Source: Cenarchaeum sp.
Lineage (GTDB): Archaea > Thermoproteota > Nitrososphaeria > Nitrososphaerales > Nitrosopumilaceae
DNA: 64,000 bases
Assembly (NCBI GenBank): GCA_963693095.2
Contig: OY843768.1
Location: forward strand, 1,600,001-1,664,000
Direction of reading: 5' to 3'
The notes under the pieces: generated by a model
Told to the model about the DNA's origin: nothing
Database searches by the model: none
Seen by the model: the letters and a program-made list of their open reading frames with translations, nothing else
Position numbers and translations under genes: made by a program
Shown: in pieces, positions 1 to 10,247 of the stretch
Position numbering within the stretch: the stretch's first letter is position 1
How the letters are laid out: each line of letters starts with the position of its first letter

Positions 1-989
1 ACCTGTGTTGTGCATGCAGAGCCTGCCGATATGGCCACTTCCTTTGAGATGGAGTTAATGACGGCCTTGCCTTCAATCCCGTCAAATCTCATGTTAACGT
101 TGTGCTGGAGGCGGTTTTGGAGAGTCCCGTTAACCGCACCATACTTGCCAAGCTCAGAGCGCACAAGCTTGCTCCATGCGGCAAATTGCTCATTTTCATG
201 ATGCATCTCCAGTATAGCTATCTCTAGTGCCCTTGCAAACCCCACAATGCCAGAAACGTTATGGGTGCCAGACCTTAGGCTCCGTTCCTGACCGCCGCCA
301 AACATGATCGGTGAGGGACGAACTCGCGGTCTGATGCCACGGGTATACAAGGCGCCCACTCCCTTGGGGCCGTACAGCTTGTGGGCAGAAAGTGACATGA
401 GGTCAATGTTCATGTCTTCGACATTCATGTCGATGTGTCCAACTGCCTGTGCCGCATCTGTGTGAAATATGACGCCGCGGTCATGCGCCAGCTTGCCAAT
501 ACTGGCAATGTCGTGTATGGTGCCAATCTCATTGTTGGCGGCCATTATGGATATCAGCACCGTTTGCTCTGTTATTGCAGCTTCGAGCTGACCTAGGTCA
601 ATATTTCCCTCACTGTCCACTGGAATGTGTGTGACTTTTTTTCCAATGGACTCGAGGTACCGTGCGGCATCAAGAACTGCCTTGTGCTCGGCCACGCACG
701 TGATCATGTGGTCACCACGATCCGCATAGTGGTTCATCGTCCCGATTAGCGCCATATTGTCAGACTCTGTGGCGCCACTAGTGAACACAATGTCCTCGGG
801 TCGTGCGCCTATCGCCTTTGCGATTTTGAGGCGCGACTCTTCCACGCCGGCAGACGCGTCTGCCCCGTATGTGTGGTCAGTGCTAGACGCATTGCCAAAC
901 CGTTCGGTCAGGTATGGCATCATGGACTCTAGGACGCGCGGGTCAAGAGGAGTCGTCGAGTGATGATCGAGGTATACGGGGAGATTCAT
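1..989 (-). CDS. dndA: Cysteine desulfurase DndA/IscS (3' end runs off the window)
   Basis: Manual translation: MNLPVYLDHHSTTPLDPRV..., FTSGATESDN, PLP-lysine motif SLSAHKLYGPKG, catalytic SAGSACT. Start overlaps the dndE stop (ATGA). Not in the ORF track. Confidence 0.9.
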   Translation of the reverse strand, partial: MNLPVYLDHHSTTPLDPRVLESMMPYLTERFGNASSTDHTYGADASAGVEESRLKIAKAIGARPEDIVFTSGATESDNMALIGTMNHYADRGDHMITCVAEHKAVLDAARYLESIGKKVTHIPVDSEGNIDLGQLEAAITEQTVLISIMAANNEIGTIHDIASIGKLAHDRGVIFHTDAAQAVGHIDMNVEDMNIDLMSLSAHKLYGPKGVGALYTRGIRPRVRPSPIMFGGGQERSLRSGTHNVSGIVGFARALEIAILEMHHENEQFAAWSKLVRSELGKYGAVNGTLQNRLQHNVNMRFDGIEGKAVINSISKEVAISAGSACTTQ

Positions 990-1360
990 TGCTTGTTCGC
1001 CTGCGATATCATTGTGTAAATGTCAGCAAGTCCACGTATTCGCGGAAAGAGCGCCGTTGTCCCGCGGTTAAAGTGTGCCCTGATCATTGGGTTGAGGTAT
1101 TTTTCAGGATCCAGCCCGTCGCGCTCAAGTCGCTTGACCATCAGAGCCATAAACAGCGGCTCGTACTCGCCGAACATGACTGACGGGTGTATCTCGGAGC
1201 CCTTTTCGTCGTACTCGTCAGGATTCGGCGGTGACGGATCCTGGAGCGAGAGGCAGATCGCAAAGCGGCCCATGATGTTGGGTGTTAGTCCGGTTCTGGA
1301 CTTTAGCATCGACAGGTGTGACTGTGACCTTTGGCTCATGCGAAGGCGGCTAAACCGCAA
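986..1360 (-). CDS. dndE: DNA sulfur modification protein DndE
   Basis: LKSRTGLTPNIMGRFAICLSL...RAHFNRG; lies between dndD and dndA. TTG at 1360 chosen as start (track start 1420). Confidence 0.9.
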   Translation of the reverse strand: MRFSRLRMSQRSQSHLSMLKSRTGLTPNIMGRFAICLSLQDPSPPNPDEYDEKGSEIHPSVMFGEYEPLFMALMVKRLERDGLDPEKYLNPMIRAHFNRGTTALFPRIRGLADIYTMISQANKQ

Positions 1361-3353
1361 CCTGCAACGCCTCCTCAAAGTAGCCCTCACGCGGAACGGT
1401 TCGATCCCTCTCGGCATCATACTCTATGGCATATGACCTTGAAACGTGTGGACCAAGCTTCTCAAGCTCGCCGGGACCAATCTCCGAGTCAGTTGAGAAT
1501 ATGATTACCTGGTGCGATGCCACCGGAAAGAACCGCTCTAGCAAGTTTGCCCTGTGTCCGGCATCAAGCCTGGCCAGCGGCGTGTCGATCATGAACGGCA
1601 GGGGTCGGCCGGACGTGCGAGCCAGCGCCCAAAGAACGGCAGTTGTGAGCATCTGCTGCTCTCCCTTTGAGAGCGAGTCCTTTGGAACTGGAATGTCATC
1701 CTTTTTGTACAGTGTGATTGCATATGTCTTTCTGTCCACCTTCACGCGGTCAATTAAGCCTTTTTTGTGCATAAGCACAAGTATGGCCTCCAGTAGGTTA
1801 GTCTCCAACAGTGCGAGCTTTTTGTCGGCGAGCTTTGTGGCATAGTCGTCCAGTGCCAGCTGCACGTGCTTTGTGAGCTCTACTCTAACACCTGCCTTTT
1901 TGTCCTTGTAGAGCTGTGTTATGACATCACGTGTCTTTACCTGAATGTGGTTTGAGAGCGCCCGAAGTGATGAGATCTCCTCGTCAATGTGGTTGATCTC
2001 GGCCTCTAGCATGCCGAGTGTGGACTGTGTCTTGGCAACCTTGGTGATCATCGGTCCGATCTCATCATCATCAGGCGCGCTAGTGAGCGCAAGATCAAGA
2101 CGATGGATCTCCTCTTCGGTCTTAATCAGCTCGTCAGCATCATTCTTTAGCGCCGCAGTCGCCGCGCCATTTGCGTTGCCAATCGTGGAGAGTATCTGTT
2201 CCTCCTGCTCTCGCGAGAGGTCGAACACGCGCTTGCTGGCGGATTTGCGAGGCGGCCTGATTGCCGAGATCATCTTTGGGATCAATAGTGAGCGCAGGTC
2301 TGATCCATCCTCTAGGGTGTCCCAAACGTCATCGTCATACAGGCGCTCCTTGGCGCGCTCGGCGGCCTCCTTTATGGCAGCAGCCGTCATTGAGCGGATT
2401 TCGAGCTGCCGGTCGTCGTGTATCTGGGACGTGACTGCGGCAGTCTCCTCCGGTATGACTGCAAACGGCAGCGAGCCGCCGCACATCTCCCTGATGCGAA
2501 AGACGATCGAGTCACGCAGTTTGGCAGCGGCGTCCCTCTTTGCCTTTATCTCGGCGCGCCGTGCCGCAAAGCCGCCGCCTAGTGCGTTAATGGTCGCCTC
2601 TACCTCTTTTGCGTCGGATACTGCAGAGTCAAGCGAGGCCTGCTTGGAGGCGCGCCGGTCAGACAGCCTCGCGACGCGCTCATCGGCAGCCGCCTTTTCT
2701 GCAGTCAGGCGCTCAAACTCGCTCTTGATGTGCGCATTGCCCCCCTTCATGTTTCGCATCATGTTGACCTCTAGGTCACGACGCAGTTGACGAACAATGT
2801 CAAGACCCAGCAGCGTGTCAAAGGAGGACTTTACCACCGCAGACTCTCCCTCCTCGACCATGCGGACGATGCGCTCGCCGTCAAAAAAGAACAGCCTCGC
2901 GATTCCCCTGGGCACAAGGCCGTCTATGAATGACTGCCAGCCGCTCGCATCCATGTCAACGGTAGACAGTTGATCCCCATCCACGGACTGGATGGAGAGC
3001 GATTCGGACTTGCCGTCGGTTCCCCATGAACGCGACACCCTGTACTCGGATACCTTGCCGGCATGCGATATCTGGAACGTCACCGATATGGAAGAGCCAT
3101 CATGGCTTGCTATGCCACCCTTCCTGTGAACCCGTTTAGCCAAGTATGCCTCGTATGACTTTTGCGTGATGCGGCCGTCAAGTGAAGAGATCCCGTAGAG
3201 GCAAAGCACGACTGACTCAAAGAGCGTCGTCTTGCCCGCGCCGTTCATGCCGCCAACTAGGACTATCGGGCTTTCTGCAGTGCTAGTCATGTCAAGTGAG
3301 TTGTGGTCTCCATATGCCCCATAGTTGGTCAGCTCTATGCGCCGGATTAACGT
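1350..3353 (-). CDS. dndD: DNA sulfur modification protein DndD (SMC-like ATPase)
   Basis: Walker A GGMNGAGKTT, LFFFDGERI, long coiled coil, LSKGEQQ signature, IDTPLARLD, STDSEI. Frame stays open upstream of ATG 3290 to ACG 3353. Confidence 0.93.
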   Translation of the reverse strand, partial: TLIRRIELTNYGAYGDHNSLDMTSTAESPIVLVGGMNGAGKTTLFESVVLCLYGISSLDGRITQKSYEAYLAKRVHRKGGIASHDGSSISVTFQISHAGKVSEYRVSRSWGTDGKSESLSIQSVDGDQLSTVDMDASGWQSFIDGLVPRGIARLFFFDGERIVRMVEEGESAVVKSSFDTLLGLDIVRQLRRDLEVNMMRNMKGGNAHIKSEFERLTAEKAAADERVARLSDRRASKQASLDSAVSDAKEVEATINALGGGFAARRAEIKAKRDAAAKLRDSIVFRIREMCGGSLPFAVIPEETAAVTSQIHDDRQLEIRSMTAAAIKEAAERAKERLYDDDVWDTLEDGSDLRSLLIPKMISAIRPPRKSASKRVFDLSREQEEQILSTIGNANGAATAALKNDADELIKTEEEIHRLDLALTSAPDDDEIGPMITKVAKTQSTLGMLEAEINHIDEEISSLRALSNHIQVKTRDVITQLYKDKKAGVRVELTKHVQLALDDYATKLADKKLALLETNLLEAILVLMHKKGLIDRVKVDRKTYAITLYKKDDIPVPKDSLSKGEQQMLTTAVLWALARTSGRPLPFMIDTPLARLDAGHRANLLERFFPVASHQVIIFSTDSEIGPGELEKLGPHVSRSYAIEYDAERDRTVPREGYFEEALQVAV

Positions 3354-4855
3354 ATCAAGCCACCCCCATAATCAATGCGCCGCTGGCGCCGCTCCTTTAG
3401 GTCATCGACGATCTCATCTAGATCATCACGCCATTCCTCAGAGAGTATCTTGTTGAGCTTTGGGTATACTGCCGAGTGGCGCGTCATACCTTGTGACTCG
3501 AGCTCGGCGTTGAGCAAGCGGGACACGAGTAGCGGGGGGACGTTGTGCCCCTTGCATGAGGACTCTAGTGCCTCCTGCTCTAGTGCGCCAAAGGCGCCCA
3601 GATCATCGCCGTCCTCGGTGATCTGGTTCCCAGTCACGTCTGCGTATATGCGGTACGCCGAGTTTTGCCAGTCACCGCACTCCATGCGCCAGAGCCTCTG
3701 TATCTCGCGAACCTCGTCCTCTAGGATGAGATTAATCTTGGGATCCGGACCGGTCTTTCTGACCTGCTCTTGCGCACGAAGGAGCTTTTCGAGGAACTCT
3801 TTACGAAACTCCATCGTGTACGGCCCCGGCGTCAAGATGTCATAGGGGTCACCCTTGCGTATCATCTCGTCTACTGACGTTGACTTTGCGAGCTCGTCGT
3901 CCAGTGACCGGCGTTGGGCCTTGTCTATGAGGCGCATATGGCCATCCCTGCGGCGTAGCTCGCGCACGTCACGCCGCTTTTGTGGATCTTGCGTCTCCTT
4001 TAGTATCGCACGCAGATCTAGGAGTGGCTGCATCCACTCCCCACCATTCTCGATCGTGTTCTCCAGGGACGCGTCCCTGTCGACCACTGTGCATACCCAG
4101 CACCCAAATCTCGAGTTACCACAGCTTGGAGTGCTAGAGTCGACGACTAGTGGGCACTCGGCCGCATTGGCGTTCTGGTACAGCGCAAGGAGGTCACGGT
4201 TGTTTGCGCCCCACGGATTTTTGTTCTGGAGCAGATAGTTCCAGACATCATCGGTGGTAAAGTCTCGCAGCGGGGTGTAGACATAGGTTTGGGCGAACTT
4301 TGAGTGGCGCGAGAGCAGGCTGCCCTTTATCTCGTAGAGGTTCATGAGCTGGTGGCGTGAGCCGCTCTCGTCCTTTCTGGTTCCCAGTGCGACGATTGCC
4401 TCGCCATACTGTGAGACCTTTTCCCTGATAAAGCGGTCAGCATTGCGCACCTTTAGGCGATCCGTGCACCACCGAAACATGTTGGTCGGTGCCGGAAACC
4501 CCTTTCCGAGCAGGCATGTCCAAAAAGTGTCTTTGATCTCTGGATGAACCAGGTTTGTCGAGATGGGAAGTCCGGCCTTTTTTCCGGCCGTCTCCATCAT
4601 GTCAAGTGAGGCGGTGATCTGCTCGACTATCTTTGGAGACTCTACAAGTGTGTCTGACGAGATGATATAGACTGCCTTTTTGAGCTTTGTCTTTGGCAGC
4701 GATGCCAGTGCTCCCCAGATTAGCTGAACCATACACGTCGAATCCTTTCCTCCCGAAAATCCCAGGATCCAGGGCCGCGCATCTGAGACATACACATCAC
4801 GGATCTCGCCATAGATGTCATCCAGCTTTCGTGATTCAAAGACGGATGAGGCCAT
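3347..4855 (-). CDS. dndC: DNA phosphorothioation sulfurtransferase DndC (PAPS reductase-like)
   Basis: PWILGFSGGKDS, SDTLVESP, FRWCTDRLK, GTRKDES, SCGNSRFGCWVCTVV. Confidence 0.95.
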   Translation of the reverse strand: MASSVFESRKLDDIYGEIRDVYVSDARPWILGFSGGKDSTCMVQLIWGALASLPKTKLKKAVYIISSDTLVESPKIVEQITASLDMMETAGKKAGLPISTNLVHPEIKDTFWTCLLGKGFPAPTNMFRWCTDRLKVRNADRFIREKVSQYGEAIVALGTRKDESGSRHQLMNLYEIKGSLLSRHSKFAQTYVYTPLRDFTTDDVWNYLLQNKNPWGANNRDLLALYQNANAAECPLVVDSSTPSCGNSRFGCWVCTVVDRDASLENTIENGGEWMQPLLDLRAILKETQDPQKRRDVRELRRRDGHMRLIDKAQRRSLDDELAKSTSVDEMIRKGDPYDILTPGPYTMEFRKEFLEKLLRAQEQVRKTGPDPKINLILEDEVREIQRLWRMECGDWQNSAYRIYADVTGNQITEDGDDLGAFGALEQEALESSCKGHNVPPLLVSRLLNAELESQGMTRHSAVYPKLNKILSEEWRDDLDEIVDDLKERRQRRIDYGGGLIR

Positions 4856-4856
4856 G

Positions 4857-5942
4857 CTATTGACCCACCGGCCGCGCGCCAGATGACGCGCCACACTTGC
4901 GAAGTATAAGGTCGGCTGCCCGTTGGTATGCCTTTTTGTTCTTGAGCATGCGACCATCCAGGGCGAGCTTGCCCTCCCAGTCAGGATTGTCCCGAAGCCA
5001 ATTGATCTTTTGGAGCGCCTTGAGCTTTTGCTTCCAGGTGTCAGGAAACTCTGACATTAGGACAAATCCTGCCATTCCGAGCGCGTTGAGTGTGTTTGTG
5101 TGGGCATGAACATACTCTTTTCTGATCTCCGAGGCGGTCATTTTCTTGTCTACAAGCAGTTTCCATTCAGGTATGTTCCGTGCCACGTGGTTCCAGTATT
5201 CTGAAGCAAGTGGCTTTTTTTTATCTGAAACTGTGCTTCCCGTGATGTGTAAGAGCTGCTTTGTTGCATCAGATATGCCATTTAGCGTAAAGAACTTTGA
5301 TGTTCTGTTGGAGAGCGAGGTCTTTTCCATCTCTGTTCTCCCATGAAAAATATCGACATCAGTGACTAACTGTACGATGTATTGTGAATATGTACTACGG
5401 TGGTCATACAGTATTCCAAGTGATTTTGAGGGTTTTGTTGCGTGCTTGTTGAGATCTGCAAACATTTGCTGACTGCGCTTTAGTCCCTTGTCTTTGAAGA
5501 AGACAACAGAGATAGACTCATTGCCTATGTCAGGGCGATGCTTTAGCGCCTCCTCTATTGCCGCCCTGCGATGTTGGCCATCGTTGATCAGCATGCGCGA
5601 GTTCATAGCGATGTGAAGTCTGCCCATCTTGCCATCCTCGCCAAGCGACGGCTCGGGATCAAAGCTCATAGTGCCGTCGACTGATGCGGTCAATGAAGAA
5701 AATACATAGTCAGCAGGGTTGTCTAGGATATAGCTGGCAATCCTTGGAATCCTGGACATTCGAAGGAGGCGCTGGGCGCGCATCTGGGGCGGGAGCTCTT
5801 GCTCGTTGAAGATGAACAGCTTTGGGATTATCTTGAGCGGGCACATGGCGATGTAAAACTCGCGGCCTGCCTGCACTCCTCGGATAGCGTCAAAGCCGTA
5901 CACCTCGCCGCCGGTTCCCCGGCCACGGTCAAATCTGCCCAT
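4857..5942 (-). CDS. dndB: DndB, DGQHR-domain regulator
   Basis: AIRGVQAGREFY, RAQR, LINDGQHRRAAI, QQMFADLN; first gene of the dnd operon. Confidence 0.93.
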   Translation of the reverse strand: MGRFDRGRGTGGEVYGFDAIRGVQAGREFYIAMCPLKIIPKLFIFNEQELPPQMRAQRLLRMSRIPRIASYILDNPADYVFSSLTASVDGTMSFDPEPSLGEDGKMGRLHIAMNSRMLINDGQHRRAAIEEALKHRPDIGNESISVVFFKDKGLKRSQQMFADLNKHATKPSKSLGILYDHRSTYSQYIVQLVTDVDIFHGRTEMEKTSLSNRTSKFFTLNGISDATKQLLHITGSTVSDKKKPLASEYWNHVARNIPEWKLLVDKKMTASEIRKEYVHAHTNTLNALGMAGFVLMSEFPDTWKQKLKALQKINWLRDNPDWEGKLALDGRMLKNKKAYQRAADLILRKCGASSGARPVGQ

Positions 5943-6001
5943 GGGGGCGCCCCTGAAGGAAGTCTAATAAAAAGGGTTTGGAAATTTGTTTTTAAAGACC
6001 C

Positions 6002-6169
6002 TTAAGAGGCGATTTTTGAGAGCTTTTTGAGCTCGTCGCCGGTCACGGTCAGCCGAAAGATCACGGCGTCGGGGTTCTTGGCGTTCTTGGCGAGTGGGTA
6101 GAACTTGAAGGTATACTTGCCCCCCGAGCTCGTGACCTCATAGGGGCGACCCCCTAGTGTGTTGCGCAT
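6002..6169 (-). CDS. Small hypothetical protein (55 aa)
   Basis: Manual translation MRNTLGGRPYEVTSSGGKYTFKFYPLAKNAKNPDAVIFRLTVTGDELKKLSKIAS; TATA-like TTATAT about 25 nt upstream. Confidence 0.6.
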   Translation of the reverse strand: MRNTLGGRPYEVTSSGGKYTFKFYPLAKNAKNPDAVIFRLTVTGDELKKLSKIAS

Positions 6170-6315
6170 GGCCTGGCGCTAGGCGCAGAATATAATACTC
6201 TATTGCAGGGGGAGCCTCTGCCCAGATATTGCCATATCTTCAAGCATACCTTGATATATGGATCACAGTTATAAATGACTATAGTGTAGGCAATCACGTG
6301 AATGCGGCACGCACA

Positions 6316-7986
6316 ATGAACGCCAAGAGTGTCAGTTTTGGGGATGTGCTGTCTGACAAGAATCGCTACATCGTGCCCAATAACCAAAGACGGTATGCGT
6401 GGGAAAAAGAACAAATTGGACAATTTTTCAAAGATGTCATGTACGCATACGATCAGATTAAACATGAAACACAGTTTCAATATTTTTTTGGACCCATGGT
6501 CTTCATAAGAGATGGCGATAAACAAATAGTTGCAGACGGACAGCAGCGGCTGGCAACGGCCAACGTGTTTATTGCAGTCATTCGTGATCTCCTATTAGAT
6601 CTGAATGATGGCGCAGAGAGTACGAATAACCATGGTCTAAAATACCAACACAAAAAGATTATATCTAATATCACACTAGGAAGACACAATAAAGAATTTT
6701 ATAATGATTATATTATAAAACAAGGATCTGCAAAGGATAAAAAAGATCTCTTGACAAAAAGAAAATATCAGCAGAAGACTGACCCTAACTTCTGGTTAGC
6801 TTTTGCATATTGTGAGTTTTATGATAATCTAAAAAAAATCATGCGAAGTAAAATCAAAGAATATGTGAAATTACAAAGTATAGTGCTAGACGTCTTTACA
6901 ATTATCAAGATAGATGTAAACACGACTGAATACGCATACAGAATTTTTGAAACATTAAACGAGCGAGGAATGCCACTTGCAATAAGCGATATGATCAAAA
7001 ATCACGTTATTGAGTGTTCTAAACCAAAAGATCGTGATTTGATCAACACGAGATGGGAAGAAATGATTGGTGTGGTCGGCACTAAAAAAATAAATTTGTA
7101 TGTTCGACATTTTTGGATTGCAAATTATGAGAACGTTGCAAAACGGGAATTGTATAAAAAGATTAGTGAGCGTATGAGAAAATCTAAAACAGGAAAAAAA
7201 ATTACTAATTATGTTCGTGATCTTCACACACAAGCTGAGATATTTGTTGCTTTACATGATCCCATACAATATAATAGTATGTGGGGGAGAGATAGCCAGA
7301 TCATAGACGACTTAAAAATGCTAAATCAATTGAATAGCGAGGTTGTGAAAATAGTGCTGTTAATTGCAAAGGCACAAAAAGAAAAAAACCACAAAGCATA
7401 CAGACAGTTAGTACATATGATGCTTCTTTTCTTTTTTAGGAGTAAAACTATAGGAAACACTCACGCAACAGTATTAGAACAAACAATGGCAAAAATTGCT
7501 AGAAATATTCGTAACTCAAAGAAACTCGACAATGGCTCAATCAAAACAATATTGAAAGATAGTGCTGTTTATCCGTCTGACGAAGAATTCAAAAGAAAAT
7601 TTGTAGATAAAAACCTAAATACTCAAACAGCCCGGTATGTACTTAAACAATTGGAATTTCACATGGGGGCGAGTCCAGAACTCGGACTGAGATCACCAAT
7701 CACAGTAGAACACATTATGCCAAAAGATCGCAAACATTGGAGCCATATTGAACGTGATGACCACGATGACTTACTAGCGACAATTGGGAATTTAGCATTG
7801 TTGACAGAAAAAGATAACGGTATTGCGTCTTCTGCACCATTTAAAGAAAAGAGAAAAAAAGTATACATAAAATCAAACATTAAGGTTACAAAAGAACTAG
7901 AAGAATATAAAAAATGGAACAAGGAGACGATTAATCATAGGGCAGAAAAATTTGCTGAAATGGCAATAAAAATTTGGAAAATATGA
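6316..7986 (+). CDS. DUF262 + DUF1524 (HNH) protein, GmrSD/SspE-like nuclease
   Basis: VPNNQRRYAW, DGQQR, FETLNERG (DUF262); VEHIMPK...IGNLALLT...N (HNH). Visibly AT-rich relative to its neighbours. Confidence 0.88.
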   Translation: MNAKSVSFGDVLSDKNRYIVPNNQRRYAWEKEQIGQFFKDVMYAYDQIKHETQFQYFFGPMVFIRDGDKQIVADGQQRLATANVFIAVIRDLLLDLNDGAESTNNHGLKYQHKKIISNITLGRHNKEFYNDYIIKQGSAKDKKDLLTKRKYQQKTDPNFWLAFAYCEFYDNLKKIMRSKIKEYVKLQSIVLDVFTIIKIDVNTTEYAYRIFETLNERGMPLAISDMIKNHVIECSKPKDRDLINTRWEEMIGVVGTKKINLYVRHFWIANYENVAKRELYKKISERMRKSKTGKKITNYVRDLHTQAEIFVALHDPIQYNSMWGRDSQIIDDLKMLNQLNSEVVKIVLLIAKAQKEKNHKAYRQLVHMMLLFFFRSKTIGNTHATVLEQTMAKIARNIRNSKKLDNGSIKTILKDSAVYPSDEEFKRKFVDKNLNTQTARYVLKQLEFHMGASPELGLRSPITVEHIMPKDRKHWSHIERDDHDDLLATIGNLALLTEKDNGIASSAPFKEKRKKVYIKSNIKVTKELEEYKKWNKETINHRAEKFAEMAIKIWKI

Positions 7987-8063
7987 CAAAGGTTTGATCT
8001 TGTGTCACTTGCCTTAAAAATTTGAAATTTACTCGTATTCTAAAGGTCACACAATCTTAGAAG

Positions 8064-8810
8064 TTATTTAGATTCACGTGCGCCCTCGGCCTCATCGACC
8101 CGCCCGAGTATCTCCAGAGCCTGCGCCCTGACTGCGTGCGCCATGCCAAGGCTCGAATCAAGTACGACGGCATGATCAGCGGTGACTAGTGCGTCATCAG
8201 GATGCCCGAACGCAAGTAGCGTGCCGGCACGGCACATGTGCGCGTACGCGTTATCCGGCGCAAGCGATATTGCGCGCTCGAAAGACTTTAGCGCCTCTTC
8301 ATGCTTGCCCAGGCCACGCAGCGAGTGACCGACGGCGATATGCACCGAGGGCTCTGACGCATCCAACGAGGAGGCACGCTCTAGGGGCTCTAGCGCATCC
8401 CCATGGCGACCCAGCGCAAGGAGTGAGCGCCCCACTCCAATTAGCGCGTCGACGCCGCCGTCGGCCTTGGCCGCACGCTCAAATGACTCAAGGGCCTCAG
8501 CAGGCCTGCGGAGGTCAAGCAGCGACACACCGCAACACACGTGCGCTGCGGCATCAGCTGGCCTCACCATGGCCGCACACCTGAACGACTCTAGTGCCAT
8601 CGCGGGCCGGCCGAGGCGCGTCTGCGCGTGACCGCAGCCCATGTGCGCATCCCCATCGCGTATGTCCAGCGAGACTGCGCGCTCGAATGACTCTAGCGCC
8701 TCAGCAGGCTTTCCCAGGTCCATGAGCGTCTCTCCGTGTCCCACGTGCGTTGCGGCGTTTTCACGGACAGGTGCCATGTCGATGTATCTCTCTAGTGTGT
8801 CAGTCTCCAT
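8064..8810 (-). CDS. TPR repeat protein
   Basis: Repeated ~34-aa A(H)xxxGxxLxxLGxxxEALxxFERA units. Confidence 0.85.
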   Translation of the reverse strand: METDTLERYIDMAPVRENAATHVGHGETLMDLGKPAEALESFERAVSLDIRDGDAHMGCGHAQTRLGRPAMALESFRCAAMVRPADAAAHVCCGVSLLDLRRPAEALESFERAAKADGGVDALIGVGRSLLALGRHGDALEPLERASSLDASEPSVHIAVGHSLRGLGKHEEALKSFERAISLAPDNAYAHMCRAGTLLAFGHPDDALVTADHAVVLDSSLGMAHAVRAQALEILGRVDEAEGARESK

Positions 8811-9158
8811 GGTCAAGCACGCAACTCTCGCCCTATTTGATTTTAGGCGTGTACGCTCGTCGTGCGGGGCGTTCTCCAAGATATAGGCTAGAGCGCACAC
8901 GAGTATGAATGAATATGCGCAGGAAACGCATTGGAACGCTCGAGGATAACGCGAGTGAGGCAGGAGAGAAGGCCGGGTCCCCAGGGAGATCGCCACGAGG
9001 CCAGCCGCAACATTGGCGAGCTCGAGTATCGCATAAACACGCTCTAGTCATGCGAGTTTTGCCTGCCGGGGCTGTCGGTAGAACAAAGCGGTGCGGACAT
9101 GGCACGACTCTAGTGCTGGCGGCACCATTCGTGTAGTTTAAATAATCCCCAGGGGGGC

Positions 9159-10244
9159 ATGAATCGAATGGTTGCAATTTCAATACTCGCAGCACTGGCC
9201 GCAGTCACGCTTGTGACCACGCCTGTCATGGCAGCAGAATTTACGCCGTATGGACATCACGACACCTCTGTGACGCAAGGAGACGTGTGGATTAATGATG
9301 ACGGCGTGACAATGACGTATAGCGTGTTTGGCCACGACTTCTGGGCGTTTTATGGCGATGACGTTGTTTATGACTATGAAGCCAGCTGTTCCATTAATGG
9401 CGACGAGCAGAACTGGGAGTGGAGTCCAAATAACGGCCGGGATGGGGCGGTGGCCACTTGGGTTCTCTTGACAGGAGAGTACACGATGGGCTGCGACGTC
9501 GTCTTTGAGGGTCACGCCGACACCCATCATCTGTCAAACACGATATTCTTTGATCCAAATGCGCCGCCAAACCAGCCGCCCCTAGTCCTGAGATCACCAA
9601 ACGATGTGACTATCGAGGGAGTGGGCCTAACGGCAGAGTACGGGCTGAGCTCGAGTGAGCGGGTCGTCACTGATGATTATTATGACGTGCCATGGATCGG
9701 CTGTGAGATAAACGAAGAGTATTGGGATGTTGTTGGTGGGATGTGGTGGGATGTTGATGGTGTGATATGGTGGGATCTCCCGGCAGGAACGCACGAGGCC
9801 ACATGCTGGGTCACTGACCAGCTGACTAATGTGGAGACACACCACACGGTAACAGTTGTCCTTACTGCGCCAGAGGTGCCACAGGCGGCCACACCACCGG
9901 CACAGCAGCCGTCCCCGACTGCGCCAACGACAACAGAGCTCTTTCCGGACGAGCGCAACGAGCCAAAGATAAAGCGCCTCTCGACGCTATACAGCAGGGG
10001 AGTCCTGACTATAGATGACTATGGGCTCATCCTAAAGTACTTTCAGAGTGCCGGAATCATCAACTTTGACATACAAGGCGACCCGTCCGCACAGTCTCCA
10101 TACTTTGAGCTCAACAGCGACGACCACATGCACGGCAAGTGGAACGGGCACGCCGGGGCGAGCGTGTCAAACGCCGAGTACAAGCGATACCTAGAGAGCG
10201 TCGCTGACAATGGCTATTTTGACAGAATAAGCCTCGGGTTCTAG
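9159..10244 (+). CDS. Secreted/surface hypothetical protein
   Basis: N-terminal signal peptide, acidic beta-rich region, Pro/Thr linker; TTTAAAATA upstream. Confidence 0.7.
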   Translation: MNRMVAISILAALAAVTLVTTPVMAAEFTPYGHHDTSVTQGDVWINDDGVTMTYSVFGHDFWAFYGDDVVYDYEASCSINGDEQNWEWSPNNGRDGAVATWVLLTGEYTMGCDVVFEGHADTHHLSNTIFFDPNAPPNQPPLVLRSPNDVTIEGVGLTAEYGLSSSERVVTDDYYDVPWIGCEINEEYWDVVGGMWWDVDGVIWWDLPAGTHEATCWVTDQLTNVETHHTVTVVLTAPEVPQAATPPAQQPSPTAPTTTELFPDERNEPKIKRLSTLYSRGVLTIDDYGLILKYFQSAGIINFDIQGDPSAQSPYFELNSDDHMHGKWNGHAGASVSNAEYKRYLESVADNGYFDRISLGF

Positions 10245-10247
10245 GCC

